DNA from: Azolla caroliniana
Lineage: Eukaryota > Plantae > Polypodiophyta
NCBI GenBank assembly: GCA_043228905.1
Contig: JBHGNT010000013.1
Coordinates: 15,314,001-15,378,000 of the forward strand
Length of the DNA stretch: 64,000 nucleotides
Direction of reading: 5' to 3'
Shown: positions 35,301 to 48,911 of the stretch, one piece after another
How the letters are laid out: every line of letters begins with the position of its first letter
Numbering within the stretch: the first letter of the stretch is position 1
Translations under genes and position numbers: made by a program
The notes under the pieces: model-generated
Told to the model about the DNA's origin: nothing
Seen by the model: the letters and a program-made list of their open reading frames with translations, nothing else
The model's database searches: none

Positions 35301-38224
35301 TGAACCCTCCACATCTCTTGTCAAGAGATTAATTACTTCATATGTTTATCATGTTTACTGCTCTAAATATACTAGTAACCTTCAAGAGATTTGCATGAAA
35401 CATATCATGTGATCAATAAAAAGTGAATTAAGAAGTGAAAACTAGTCATTCAAAGCATGTGTTTCATATATAAATGAGAAATTCAGGTTAATGCACGTTT
35501 CTCTTTTTTATCATTATTTTATTATAGGGACACTTGAGCTGTTTGATGATTAATGATTTGGATGCCGGTATTGGAAGATTTGGTATGCTCTTTTAGGCAA
35601 GTCTACATATTATTTTGAGTTGAAATGGCTATAGACCCATTTAAGATCGAATCTTACTTTTCTTGTGAATGAATGTGGGATGCCATGGGCTCAGGTAACA
35701 CTCAGATGACAGTAAACAACCAGATGGTGGTTGGAACATTAATGAATCTTGCAGACAATCCGACACGGGTCAGTATTGGCCAGGATTGGAGGGATTCGGA
35801 TATTGTGAATAGAGTTCCCATCATTGTCACTGGAAATGACTTCTCAACTATATGGGCACCATTGATCAGGGATGGACGTATGGCTAAATTTTACTGGTAA
35901 ATCTCTCCTATTTGTGTCCTCCATTTGGAACAATTTCCTTATTTGAAAGCATTATAGGAATTTTGTTGGATAAAAGCTGAATAAATCTGTTTCTATGTGT
36001 TGATAACCTCTCCTTGATGCTGTTTGGCACCACGGAAATTTAATGGCTACAATTACAATATACACATAATGTAGGAAATGGCATAGAGGCATAGATGTTA
36101 AATGTGGTTGCTTATTTTAATATATCTATATTTCATGGTCGATAGAAAGGTGATGTCTTATACTAACATTTAGACTCTTTCAACTGAAGACCTCAGAACA
36201 TTGGGCATGTGGCGCTATATCAGAGCCCCTAAATGTGAAAAAAATCCTTGAATATGGCTTTACTTCAGAATATAGCCCATACCAATAAACCTCATGTGAC
36301 AAACATCAATGTGCTTGATCCTCTACCAGGAAGAATTGCAATGGGAAACTGATTGTTTCTCAGCAGTACATACATTATTTTTGAAGTAGATGAATTCATG
36401 GTCATTAGATATAAAATTCATAACTCATGGGGTCTTGTTCTAGACGGTAGAAATTCTTCATTTGCCACATGGAGACTCAAAGCAAAATTAATGAATGGTT
36501 ATGCAGGCAGCCTACTCGTGAAGACATTTTGAATATAGTTTTCCAGATGTATAAGAAAGATGGTCTATCCATGGAAGCCATTGGTCTTATCATCGATACA
36601 TTTCCAAATCAAGGTATAATTTCAGGCAGCCTTTACTCTTTAATATTAATCAAACTATTGCTAAAACAGTTTTTTTCTCTGTGCAGCATTAGATTTCTAT
36701 GGTGCACTAAGGTCTCGTACATATGATGCACATGTTTTGAAGGTCAGTGAGAGAACTCGATCCAGATTTCTACATTCTACTTGCCCATATAAACAATAAA
36801 AATAGGAGAAATAAATTTCTCACCACCTATAAAAAGAGCTTTAAGACTGTTGTTTCTATCAAAACGTTTATATGAAAGTGAATTGGGCTTGCTCCCTCTC
36901 ATCATTATCCTCATCATCCATATCCAACCTTTATCATTATTCCTTATTATGAGGATGAACACATCATTCTTTTGATCTTTCTTCGGTTCTTTCCTGGGTG
37001 ACACTGATCTTTGTTGTATGGGACAGGTCACTGGAAAACACCTATAGATTTCAGACTTACATATGATACCGTAAATCCACTCAGCAATGCTGCGACCAGA
37101 GTCCACAGATATTTGTATTTCATTGAATAAGAATAGATAGAAATAATAGTTCTCTACTTCCGAGGGAGCAACAGGACATTGGAAGCTTTGTGAGCTTGAC
37201 AAGTCTATTAAAACCTTAAAGAGAGACATTAAATGAAATGTCATTCCTGCATTCCTCTCAATTGTAAAAATTTCACTTCGAAGGCAATTGCCAGGATTAC
37301 ATGCCACAGCTTCATTGCAAAAACAGTATGTCTCTGATGACATCCATTTCTTCTTCATGATGGTCCTTGATTTGAACTTCATTTCATCCATCTGAGCCTC
37401 ATTCACAGGAGTTCTTCCATCCTCATTTCAATGGGCCTTTAATGCACAAGGGAGCATGTAACCATGTTCTCTGATCTTCGAGGTTCTAGTTCATTCCCTA
37501 AAATATTGTAAGGATCAAGGCATGATTGAGGAGGCTTAACACTTTCGTTTTCAATGATCAATGCAGTAATATAATTCGCACTCATCATTCAAAAGAGATC
37601 TTTTTATGGAAGTTCTACTTTGTGAATGTAACATGCACCACCTGGTTGAGTGTCTTTCATGTTTTGATAGTGATCACGAGAGTGTATTCTGAGTGTTGTA
37701 TATTAAAATGAGAGAGAGAGGTTTTCCTATGATTTGTAGTGGGTCGAAGATACTGGAGGTGTGGAGAAACTCGGACAAAATCTCTTTAGAGGAAAGAAGG
37801 ATGAAAAGCTTACAGAGTTCATTGCTCCACAGGTATGCCTAGTCATCAAGACTGCATATTATCTGCAAATGAGATTGTTATAAAGTAACCATTCAAATTT
37901 GTGTGCGTATTGAGAGGGAGAGAGCACCAGTAATATGACCTATTACAAAATGAGAGTGTGTATGAGGTAGGACAACATGACCCTTAACCTTAAACAGAAG
38001 CAACCTATTTCAAATTCTTCCTAGTATTAAAATATAATCATTCATGTATATACACAATCACTCACATTTAGAGAGTGTTATTGCAACAGCAAACAATTGA
38101 CGATCTTATTGAAGCTGGGCATTCGCTTGTGGAAGAACAAAGGATGGTGAACAAAATGCGTCTATCTGATGAGTACATGAAAAAACAAGAAGGGGTGGGA
38201 ATAGGCCTATCCTTGGGTGGTTAG
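32333..38224 (+). CDS. Rubisco activase-like AAA+ ATPase (At1g73110-type), about 499 aa, probably plastid-targeted; exons 32333-32849, 33462-33547, 33800-33809, 33954-34016, 34352-34465, 35164-35225, 35528-35582, 35695-35896, 36507-36613, 36687-36742, 37740-37832, 38090-38224
   Basis: All introns are GT-AG and the exons sum to 1500 nt in frame. Motifs: YYIAPAFM, VPLILGIWGGKGQGKS (Walker A), MSAGELES, GEPG.LIR.RY, LMINDLDAG (Walker B), RVPIIVTGNDFS, APLIRDGRM, LDFYGALR. The start could be a nearby downstream Met. Confidence 0.93.
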
Positions 38225-39366
38225 TTTTTTGGCTATATGTGTAACTTGTATCCTTTGTCTTTGTGAAGACAACAATATTATTCTATTTTTCCATTGACTA
38301 ATTTGATGTCTTCACAGTGGGATGATATTTGCTTTCCTTTATGTGAGTATCATTAAGTCATTGTATTTATTTTTGCCACTTGCATTTAAAATAGTGGAGA
38401 TTTGTTTATGCAATATCTTGTTGTTGCTCAGGTGGTTCAAGAGTATCTGTTTGTTTTGACGTGTGGTTACTAGTTTGATGCCTCTAACTGTTTATGTCCT
38501 CGGGCTGCCTTTTGGACGTTTGGCTAAATTTTGGTTCCAGCTTTGATGATGGTTCTTACATAAAAAAGCAACAGTTTTTCGATTAATGGAGCCCCTGTAT
38601 AACACTTCCCATAGTGAATTCCTAGAAATTTTCTGCCCTGCCAACAAGACAATTCTCTTGCATGTCATCATCTTTACGAAAAACCAAAATAACAACGCAG
38701 AAATATTTTCATTTGTTAGCATTTTGTGTATTGTTATCCACAACAAAAAATACAGCTTCTCATTGGTCTGCGCGTATTGCAGAAATATCTTCCACTTCAC
38801 AGTTTCTTATTGGATTTTCTTTATCTCCGCAATATATATTTTTATATGGTACTATCAGGAAATAATTTCGACCTGTCTAGGATATTAATGAATGCTATCC
38901 ACCTGTAAATACAATGTTAAGTTGAGACACATTGTGCACAATTAAAGGGTATAATATCCTCCACAATTGATATGAAAATGGCTTTGAAATGAGCTTGGTT
39001 TTGCACTCGTTTTCATCAAATATGATCATTAAGAAGTTAAATATCAAATCATTTTCATTGATTCTGAATTTGGGCAAGTGTTGGTTCATTCATTCACTAG
39101 TAAACATGAAGTTGGATGATATTGGGCTTGCTTGTATCAATTTTGTCAATTAATCTTGGGTTCAATAGCGAAGTGATAGTTACAATATACACATAATTTG
39201 TTACGAGTAGTATACTGTTATATGCACTCATTAAATGGTTGATTTTTTTTCAAAACTATGTTGCTTTCAATTCTTTTAAAACTGCTTAAAATATTCAAGT
39301 TCGCGTTCTCAAAGTTCAGGAAAATTAATCAAGGTCATGTTGCTTTCAATTATCTTAAAACTATGC

Positions 39367-39750
39367 AAGGATACTTGCTTGGTTTTAAATTTATTTATTT
39401 GTTGATTGGTCAAAGTCCTCACTCTTGATCACATGAAAATTAAGCACATAATTAGTACATCAAATTTCTTTATGCAAAGTTTTGAAGATTAATTTAAACG
39501 TTGGTAGGAATTGGTCGTGTGACTTCGAAACTTAACTTTCTATTGTTTTGATAGGAAAAGCATTCAAGATCATTGGGCTGATTAAGCTAATCTATTATTA
39601 TTATTATTATTAAGTGTATCCTCCAAATGTCTATATATTGCCTATAATCTTTCTTACATGGTATGCTTAATCTTAATTTCCCTATGATTTGGAGCCTCAA
39701 CTTTGCCCGACCATTACCTTGGTCATTTTGAAAATAAGCAAGTATACCTT
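39367..39750. mobile_element. Possible degraded MITE
   Basis: aaggatacttgcttggtttt and aaaataagcaagtatacctt form imperfect inverted termini. TSD unclear. Confidence 0.35.
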
Positions 39751-41717
39751 ATTCTAGTTTCATCTTATACATTTAAATACATCCTAATACTTTCTTTTGA
39801 CAAAAACAAGTACAAGTTTGCTTCATAAAAAGGAAGTCACATGTGGGTTTCTTGTGTTAATAACACATTCATTAGAATTGGAAACACTTTCATCATCATC
39901 TAAAACATAAATGAACAATGGGTCCTTTTCTTCCAAGGCAAGAATACATGCATCAATGAAGGAACGAAGCATTAAACATTTGAAAGATGCTTATTATACT
40001 AACTCTCCGAAAGAGCTTTGGAAATTTGATAGAGCTACATAAAACGACTTGCTCTTTTGAATTTTTGGCTTATGGGAGAAGGCTAAATAATAAAGCACAA
40101 GATCATGGATTTAGACCGTTATTTCACATGTTTGCAACCCAAGTCCATTATTGGTGGGGATTCATTTCACATGTTTTCAACTCAAGACACCATAACTTTC
40201 CCCTTAAAAGAATGGCTTTACAATTTGGCCTTTTGTAACCAAGGCGCAACCATCCAAGAGCATGCAAAGTTTATGCTTTGAAGGCTTTACAATTTCACTT
40301 TCCAAAATCCAAGGGTCCCGAAAGACATGCCAAGTTATGTTTTCCCCTAAAAGATGTCATTCCGATTTCACTTTACACAGCGTGATGGTTGAATCCTCAT
40401 TGCATATTGATACGTGACAATTGAAAGTACAATGCATGTGATCACTTGACGACAATGAATGTATCATTAGATCCACATATTGCATAAATAGGTTAACGAC
40501 ACCAATTGTTTAATAACATATTTAGTTATATTTATCAATTAAAAAACTAAAAGGATTTCAATGTGCTAGGTAATGTCCAACATCTTGCATAAAAATAATC
40601 AATGTGGTTCAGGATTCCTATCCTTTTATATTTCTCAACTAGCCACGCATCATGATCTCCATCTTTCTCGTGTACAATCTTATATATAATTCCATTGGAA
40701 ATGTTATATGCACTTTTACTCTTGATATCTCATGCTTATTTCAATGAATTTATGTTGATATAATATGCCCAATCTTGACACCATTTTCTTTGTCGTTCAT
40801 TCTACAAGAGTAGAATCGCAAAACCTGTAATTATTTGAAGGTCACGATATTAATTCGTGTTAGTTTGTCGATGATTTGTCAGTTAGTCAAAGGATCCTTC
40901 AAACCACTTTATTTGGCTGAAAATAATAATAATGTGCATTCTTGGGTGATGCTAGAGGCATGCATATATTTAGTGTGTAAATCCAAAAGAACTTAGCTTG
41001 AAAGATGGTAACATGCTTTTGTTGTGCATTGAGAACATGTATGCATGTGATGAAGCGAATGGAGGACATCTATGCTGAATTCTGTTTTGTAGAGTATGCG
41101 TTCGGGTAATGCTATGCACATCGAATGTTGTGGTGTTTTGGAATTTTTCTTTTGTTGTTTCATCTACACATTATTTTCTTTTGACATGCAAGATGGCTTG
41201 TAAGATATGAGTTGTAAATTATCCCTTGTAAATTGCCTTAACTAATGGAAGTAGTTTTTTTTTTGGAAAAAAAAAAAATCGTTTTATGTCATAATGCAAT
41301 TGAAATCTGTTAGAGTGGCATGAAACAAAGAAATGTTGAAAACTTCCCAACATCATGATAATTTGATCAAGATGACCCTAGAGGATATTGCATAAAAAAT
41401 GCATACCTCTAAAATAAATCAATATTGCAGTCTTAGTGACACTAAGGTGTAAAGGCCTGAATGGATATCTTAATAATAATCAATGTGTGAGACATGTTTA
41501 GCGAACTACGAATTCGAAATATGACACGTCGGGATATAATACGAAAGAAAACTATAAGAAAGTTTTATTTGATCCACATGATTCTATTGAAGGTAGTCAT
41601 ATCAATACCTAAAACCCCAAAAGACCAACGAGAGATAAAAACACAATTACCTTGAGTGTTACGGTCATACTCTAAGGTTTATTGATCGTGTCTACATCCT
41701 TGTATTTTAATAGATAA

Positions 41718-41723
<6 letters not shown>

Positions 41724-41786
<63 letters not shown>
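41724..41786. repeat. (AG)n microsatellite
   Basis: Directly visible. Confidence 0.95.
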
Positions 41787-41792
<6 letters not shown>

Positions 41793-42685
41793 TATTCATA
41801 TATGAGATAGTTATACTATGTTTCGATGTGAACAATGGAGCCCAAATAAGCAACTTAATGTAAATAAGGAAGATGAAACAAGTTTGTTGGTGATCCAATG
41901 AAATCAAGATGTGTGACATTCCAAATAGGGGTACCAGGTTCACACGGTACATAACCTGCAAAACACCAATTTTTCACAGGGTATTCGTGTAAATTGTCTT
42001 TACCTCTTCAAATATGTCCAATATAAGGCCGTAACTTAAAAAGTACATGTTTTTAATGAAGTATTAACCTCATCCTTTCAATTTCACTTTTATAGTCTTA
42101 CCACATCGTATGAATTTCCATTTGAGTACCTTCACATCATGATACAAATAGATTTTCCACCATTATGTGTTTACACAAGATGGATTGCTATTGTGGTCAC
42201 ACAATTACGTACAAAGCATGTACCAAGGTGAGGAGAGATGTACAATATATGGAAAATAAATTGTGTGGCAACGTGAAGTCATTGAGGGATCATCCACTAC
42301 TCTCTGGCAACGCTAACATTTTTGTACAAATAGTGCTCATCAGTGGTGGAATAGTGGGAAGGAATAAATAGTGATGTGTGAAATTTGAACTACTTGTGAA
42401 AATGAAGACCATGGTGAAAGGGGGGGAGGGGGATGTTGAAAAGTGATTGTTCGAAAGTGAGTATTCAAAAGTTGATTGATGAGAGATAGAATCAAGTCAT
42501 GTGAAGGGTGGGTGGGAGTGAGCTGGCAAAACTTTATTTTCTAAAAGGCAAACCAACAAGGAAAGGACACGTGTAGTTGTTGTACACATAAAAAGATAAG
42601 GAGGTATGGATCAAAGATGCTTTTTTAAACTAAACTACAAAATAGAATAGCAATTTCAGACCCAATGCCTAATTGAAAGGTTTGT

Positions 42686-42695
42686 GTATATAAGA
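42686..42695 (+). promoter_or_regulatory. TATA box of the TIP gene
   Basis: TATATAAG about 80 bp upstream of the ATG. Confidence 0.5.
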
Positions 42696-42767
42696 GATGA
42701 AGAGGAGCATAGGTGGTGAGGTGGTGAGAGTGAGAAAGAGAAAGTAAGAGATATTTCATTGAGAGAG

Positions 42768-44536
42768 ATGGCCATTGCATTCGGGCGTTTTGATGAAACA
42801 TTTAAACTTGAAAGTTTCAAAGCTTATGTAGCCGAATTCATCTCCACCCTCTTGTTCGTTTTTGCAGGAGTGGGAGCAGTGATAGCATTTGGTAATACAT
42901 CTATATTGACCCAAGTTCATTTCACATTCTAAAGTTTGTAATTTGTTCTTTAAGTTAAACATGGGCTTTAACAAGAACAAGAACCAGAACAAACCACCAC
43001 CAACAACCAACATTTGCAACAATAATAACAGTGATTTTGGGTATAGGTGCTCTCTATGATGGTGATCTCACGCCGTCGGGTTTGGTCGCGGTAGCGTTGA
43101 CACATGCCTTCGCCTTGTTCGTCGCAGTATCCATTGCTGCAAACATCTCAGGCGGCCATGTAAACCCAGCTGTCACCTTCGGACTCGCCATCGGAGGCCA
43201 TATCACCATCCTCAAGGGTCTCATCTACTGGATCGTTCAGCTCCTTGGTGCTGTGGTTGCTTCCTACCTCCTCACCTTTGTCACTAATGGCCAGGTAAAA
43301 AGCAAAAGCACAATGCAAAAGCACAATGTGATTCACAACCTCTTAGTAAAAACAAACTCTTTAATTAAAAAGCCCAATTAAATGTATAGTCAAAACACAA
43401 TTATTTCTCATTGTGTCAAATGTAGGCATCACAAATAGCTTTTAGATTGTTGTGAATAATTATGTTATGGTACCCTCAACATTTTTACCAGAACTTAACG
43501 TTATGTTGTGGCCATTTTGTTGCTATAATTTCTAAGAGCTCTACTTTATCCCCTTTAATCTTGTGAGAAGCCATCAAGTTGCTAATGAATACCCTCCCTA
43601 GAAAAAATAGGGAACTTTAACCCTCTCATGCTCTTTCCCTCATACATCGCGTGGGCTAAATAATGTCAACAATTATGTGCCTATATTTAGTGGATCTAGG
43701 CCACGTTAATTTTTAAAAACTGAACAAGAAATTTACTCAAAATTACTTATTCAGAATGCTTTTCTAGGGAGGCTGAAAATTTGACACGATGACAAGTGTG
43801 TATGTCCATATTAATGCACACATATGAAAGCATGTGATTGACCTTCCTTTTGTGCATATGTCCGTGTTAATGCATACACACTTCAATATCGTGAAGTACA
43901 TGGGAACCTCAGACCATTTAACTCATCATTCCAAGGACATGATTGAGCTTTTAGATTTGAAGCATAATTTTGGGTGTGACAAACAAACTTGAATTAGCAT
44001 TGTGTACTAGTGTTTCATTGTGAATGAATGCTTGTTTTGTGTCCCCGATAACAACAATTCAAAATTTCCTTCCCAATGGTTATATAAAACACATTTTGTT
44101 GGATTTATTTTTATGCACAAATGAAAGGAAGAATACTTATGTCATGTGTGTATTTGCGTAGGAGACACCTGTCCATGCATTGGGAACGGGAGTGACAAGC
44201 TTTGCAGGGGTAGTATTTGAGATCATCATAACATTTGGTTTGGTGTACACGGTATATGCAACCGCAATTGATCCAAAGTCGGGTGACATATCAAAAGTGG
44301 CACCCTTGGCCATTGGGTTTGTGGTAGGTGCCAACATATTGGCAGCCGGCCCCTTCTCTGGTGGCTCCATGAACCCCGCACGCTCCTTCGGCCCTGCATT
44401 CGTTAGCGGTGATTGGAGTGACCATTGGGTCTACTGGGTGGGCCCCCTCATCGGCGCTGCCCTTGCTACCATCGTTTACAATATTGTCTTCCGTGGTCGT
44501 GACTCCCATGAACCCATTGCCTCTAGTGATCACTGA
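42768..44536 (+). CDS. TIP: Tonoplast intrinsic protein (aquaporin), 248 aa; exons 42768-42891, 43047-43294, 44162-44536
   Basis: [10 protein letters not shown]...[15 protein letters not shown] start, two NPA boxes ([10 protein letters not shown] and [13 protein letters not shown]), HWVYWVGP, and two GT-AG introns that keep the frame. Confidence 0.96.
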
Positions 44537-47045
44537 TTACTAGACATATAAGCACATTTAATAATTTTTCTTATGAATTTGATCTCTTCCTTAAATTTTA
44601 GTTGCTACTTTCCTCAATGCACCCTCAACATTTCTCTTGTTTGGAACATGTAATCTTGATTCCCATTTCCTCTTGCTCCGAATTCAATACACACAACCCC
44701 CCTAAGAGGAGGAACATGCACATGGGACTTGTTTTTTTGTATTTGTTGTCAAACATTGTATTAGAGACTACTTTTGCAAGTCTTGACAAAAAATATTAGT
44801 TTCTTTTTATTCTCTTTGAACTCCATATCTACATCCCTCATGGTAGAATTATGCAATTGAGCTAGCTAAATTACTGTCTAATTCATTATTATCAAGAAAA
44901 ACTAGCTACTCACAAATTTGGAATGAAACATTGATCTTACAATTGCAATCATTGTTTCCATTAGAATTAAATTAATATCATGTGATTACCTTATCATGAT
45001 GACTAGTAGCCAATTCCAGAGAAGGAGGAACAAAAGCTACTTAGATAAATACACTTGCTTGCAAAGGCACAAGAGTAAGGGCTAGTAAGACACGACATAC
45101 AAAATCACAAAGTCAAGGAAACATGGATCACAATATCAGTCAATTGAGATGATGTAATATACACAAATGGTTTCGTATGTGCCAAATAGGCAAGCTCATT
45201 TAGAGACTAGGATATAAATATTAACGGTGTGCCACATAGGATGAAAGTTGTGATTGGACAACTTCGAGAGTCCGTGATGCCATCTTGATATTGATATTAA
45301 GATTGATATTGATATTAAGATAGAGTAAATTCAATATATTTGTTGATTCCATCATGATATTGATACATTTAACCCTTAAAACTCAACACCCAACCTCATT
45401 TAGTAATCGATACACCTTATGAGTTGGGATTTTCCTTGTAGAAGTTTAGGTACAAATTAGCAACATACATATTGACACATTTGTCCCTAGAGAGGTTTAG
45501 ATGGCATTTATGTCTCCACACCAACTAGAGCCTTGGAAGAGAAAAGAACCATGTAAACTTTTTATGCACAAGAAAAATTAGGGAGAACCAATGAAATTAG
45601 GGAAAAAAGTTAACATAAACTTGCTTTCCAATAAAAATGACACAACTTTATATGATTGTAAAATTGACCAATTTTCACAATGTACTCTCTTCCTTATACT
45701 TCATATATGATTCTATTATATTGTTTGGATGTATGCAACATATAGATATAGAAAATTTTATCATTTCTCTATATTCCAAAATATACCAAGACTTATTAGA
45801 GGGCTGCTTTTTTAGAGCATGGCATAATTTATTGGGGCTCCTAATGATAATTCTATGGGGGATAAGTTCATGTACATCAATTCCAACCCACAAATAATAG
45901 AATCATCTCATGTGCTACATCCTCATGTACCATAATTGTGTGTTTGATTCTCTAAGTTTAGATATCCCGATTCTCTATCAACCCTTTAACTCTCTATTTT
46001 TCTATCATTCTCCTTTAGATATTGTTATCTTGTCGTTTTTTAGATACCTAGAGCATAAACACACTTGTGCATGATACATCTCAAGACTCATACTATGTAA
46101 AAACAAATATCCTTTCTTTTCCTTTTTGTCTTTTTTTTTGTTTATCTAATTGTCATTTCATGTCCACCATTCAAACATGGTTTGCCCACTAAAGGAGTTT
46201 CATATTCATCTCAATTGTACACATATCCTCTCCAACTTGTCTTCATTATGCTTGTCTCACATTAACCTATGTATGGGGAATGCAAGAAAATGACTCTTTG
46301 TGGAACCAAAGTAAAGATTGCAGGCAATAAGCACAATGGGTGCCATATATACTATTAAGGAAACTAGAAATTACTTGGTATTTGCAAAAAATGCCAAGAT
46401 TGTCTATCCATGTGTGCAAATTACAATTACAATTTCATCATTTCGTTTTGCATTCATCTTTCTAAAAGCATATGTTTTACATGACACATTCTCTTTAGAA
46501 CATTATACATATTATCATAGTCATACTAATTAGGAAGATAGATTGTGATCCTTGTAATTTCTAATCTCTCTTTTAATCACATTGCTCATCTTGATATGTA
46601 ACATAATTATAAAGCAACCTCATTCTCTAATAACTCCTAAACTCTCCTTATTCTCAGTTATATCCATGTTTGTTTACTCAAGTCAGTGACTAGCTCTTGC
46701 TTAAAGAATACATTGGTAGATTGTCAATCTACCATACACAATTGGTGGAACGTGATTATGAGTTACTCTTCGATACTAAGTTAGAATGAACAAAGAACAA
46801 AACTCCAAGAGATACATGTTGAGAATGTCTAGTAAGAAGCCAAATGCAATGCATTCCATCCACAGATATACATTTGTTCACAAATTTAGAATTACCACTT
46901 CAATAGGCAATGTCTCCATTTCCAATGGTAATCAATCACATGCAAAATCCTTGTTTTGTGCTCATGCAAATTGTTAAGAAATGAGATTCATACTCCTTGG
47001 GGACGGAAACTTGTGTATTATTTATTTATTAGAACTAGTGAAAAG

Positions 47046-47455
47046 TAATAATCGGCAACAGTTTGGTTCAGTTCGAGAGGGTCAAAACCGAACCGTTAAA
47101 CTTTTTCCAACCGTTAAGACCGTGGTTTCGGTTTTCAACTTAGGTCAAATTTTAAATTTATAGTATTTCATTTTTTTAAATTTTTAAATTTTTAAAGATG
47201 TTCCTAAAATGTGAGAATAAGGTCTAAAAATGAAAAGATTATTTAAAAACAAAATTTTAAAATTTTAAAAAATATATATATATATATATATAAAAATAAA
47301 AACCCGTTAAATCGTTTAAACCACGGTTACTGACTTTTGAAACCGAACCGAACCGTTTTAAAAAACCTAAAGTTGAACCGAACCATTGAAACCGTTAAGT
47401 CACGGTTTCACGGTTTGGTTTGGTTCAGTTCAAACCAAAACGTTGCCGATTGTTA
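47046..47455. mobile_element. hAT-type MITE, 410 bp
   Basis: TIRs TAATAATCGGCAAC / GTTGCCGATTGTTA, perfect 8-bp TSD GTGAAAAG, and many AACCG/CGGTT subterminal motifs. Confidence 0.93.
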
Positions 47456-48587
47456 GTGAAAAGTGTGTCATGTTCATAAGAAACATGAGGCAACTATGGA
47501 AAAGCTAGATATAATGCAAAGTCTAGTTAAAGTAGTACCCTCTTAGATGATACCACTTGATTAATGGTTTGTTCATGTGTGCATTCAAGAGAGTTTGATT
47601 CACCATATAGGTGAGCCCTTTATTCTATCACCTAGAACCTTGCCGACAAAGCAAACATGCATCTAATTGATTACCCTTCAACATTATAGACCAAACTTGC
47701 CATAGTGACACTTGTCAACTTAGAGTTTATATATGCAAAACATATCATTGGAAGATATGCCTATGTTTCACACAATGGAAATGAATAGAGAAAAGGTAAA
47801 GATCAGACTCCATTGCTCCAGAGAGTTTCTAATATAGCTTTGGGAGCATACTAGCAACCTTGACAATGCTTCAATGTTCACCTCATAATCCCTTTAATCA
47901 TAAATCTCATCAATGGCATAACATGGTTATACATCTCTTTGTAGAACATATAAATTTATTGTTATAAATGTAATGGATGGTTACTATTGTAGTGTATAGT
48001 GCTAGTATATGCGTGTATGATCATGCATTGCATCTCATCCTAACTTCCAAAGTCTATGGTCACTCAACCAAACACAAACTTTTGAAATTTCACATGCACA
48101 CCCATCGTTCTCAAGGAACATATTTGCCAAGTTAAGCACAGTGCATTAGGAACAAAAGGTTCATGCCAACCTCTTACTATTAAAGTTTTTTTTTTCTTCA
48201 AAGATTTTCTTCAGTAGTATTAAGGAAAAACACTCAAAGGCTACAACTTGAGCTTGTCTGCCCAGAAGCTTACAATTTATTTTATTTTATTTCCAAAACA
48301 AAATATACTTTCATTAGTTTTACAAAGGCATATTAGCTACAATCATACAAAAAAATCCAAACAAACATGTTTTCATATGGCATCCTCTCAGCCTCATCAA
48401 CAAGCATATTCCTTTGTAAGCTTTACATAATTGGGTACGTGCGGCTAAAACAAAGTCCTTAGTTAAGTCCACACTTGAAAGCAACTTCTTATACCAAGCA
48501 TCATATGCATGTGAATCATCACCGTACTCCCAACATGTAAGGATTAATTAGAATCCAGCTCCCAAAGTGAGGGTTTCCCTTCCATAC

Positions 48588-48900
48588 CTCTCAAGAAAAA
48601 CAGTATTATGAGTTGTAGATCCACCATATTGTAATGCCAATGCATCTCCCATATTTTGATACATATCCCTCAGAGCATCTGCTATATTGTTGTGTGGATC
48701 AACCTTGGGAATATCTGACAGTCCCAAGGAGAATAACTAATGACCTAAGGCAACCAAGCCATAAGCATATTGAGCAACATTTTTCCGATTGAAGTTGTCA
48801 ATACAGTTTTTTCTATTTGCATCTGGTTTAGCATGTACTAAAGATATAAAGATCCCATCTTGACTTTGTAGATCCTCAATACAACTCGTGATAGCATACG
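48588..48900 (-). pseudogene. Fragment of a SAC-domain phosphoinositide phosphatase (FIG4/AtSAC1-5 type)
   Basis: Translates RKNCIDNFNRKNVAQYAYGLVALGH*LFSLGLSDIPKVDPHNNIADALRDMYQNMGDALALQYGGSTTHNTVFLER, matching the SAC RTNCIDCLDRTNVAQ...MGDALA.QYGGS.AHN motif. In-frame stop; ends at AG|GTATGG. Confidence 0.85.
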
Positions 48901-48911
48901 TGAGGCCGACC

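Noticed and set aside
36777-37406. 209-aa minus-strand ORF inside intron 10 of the activase-like gene
   Set aside because: No recognisable domain and composition typical of translated non-coding DNA; treated as a chance ORF.
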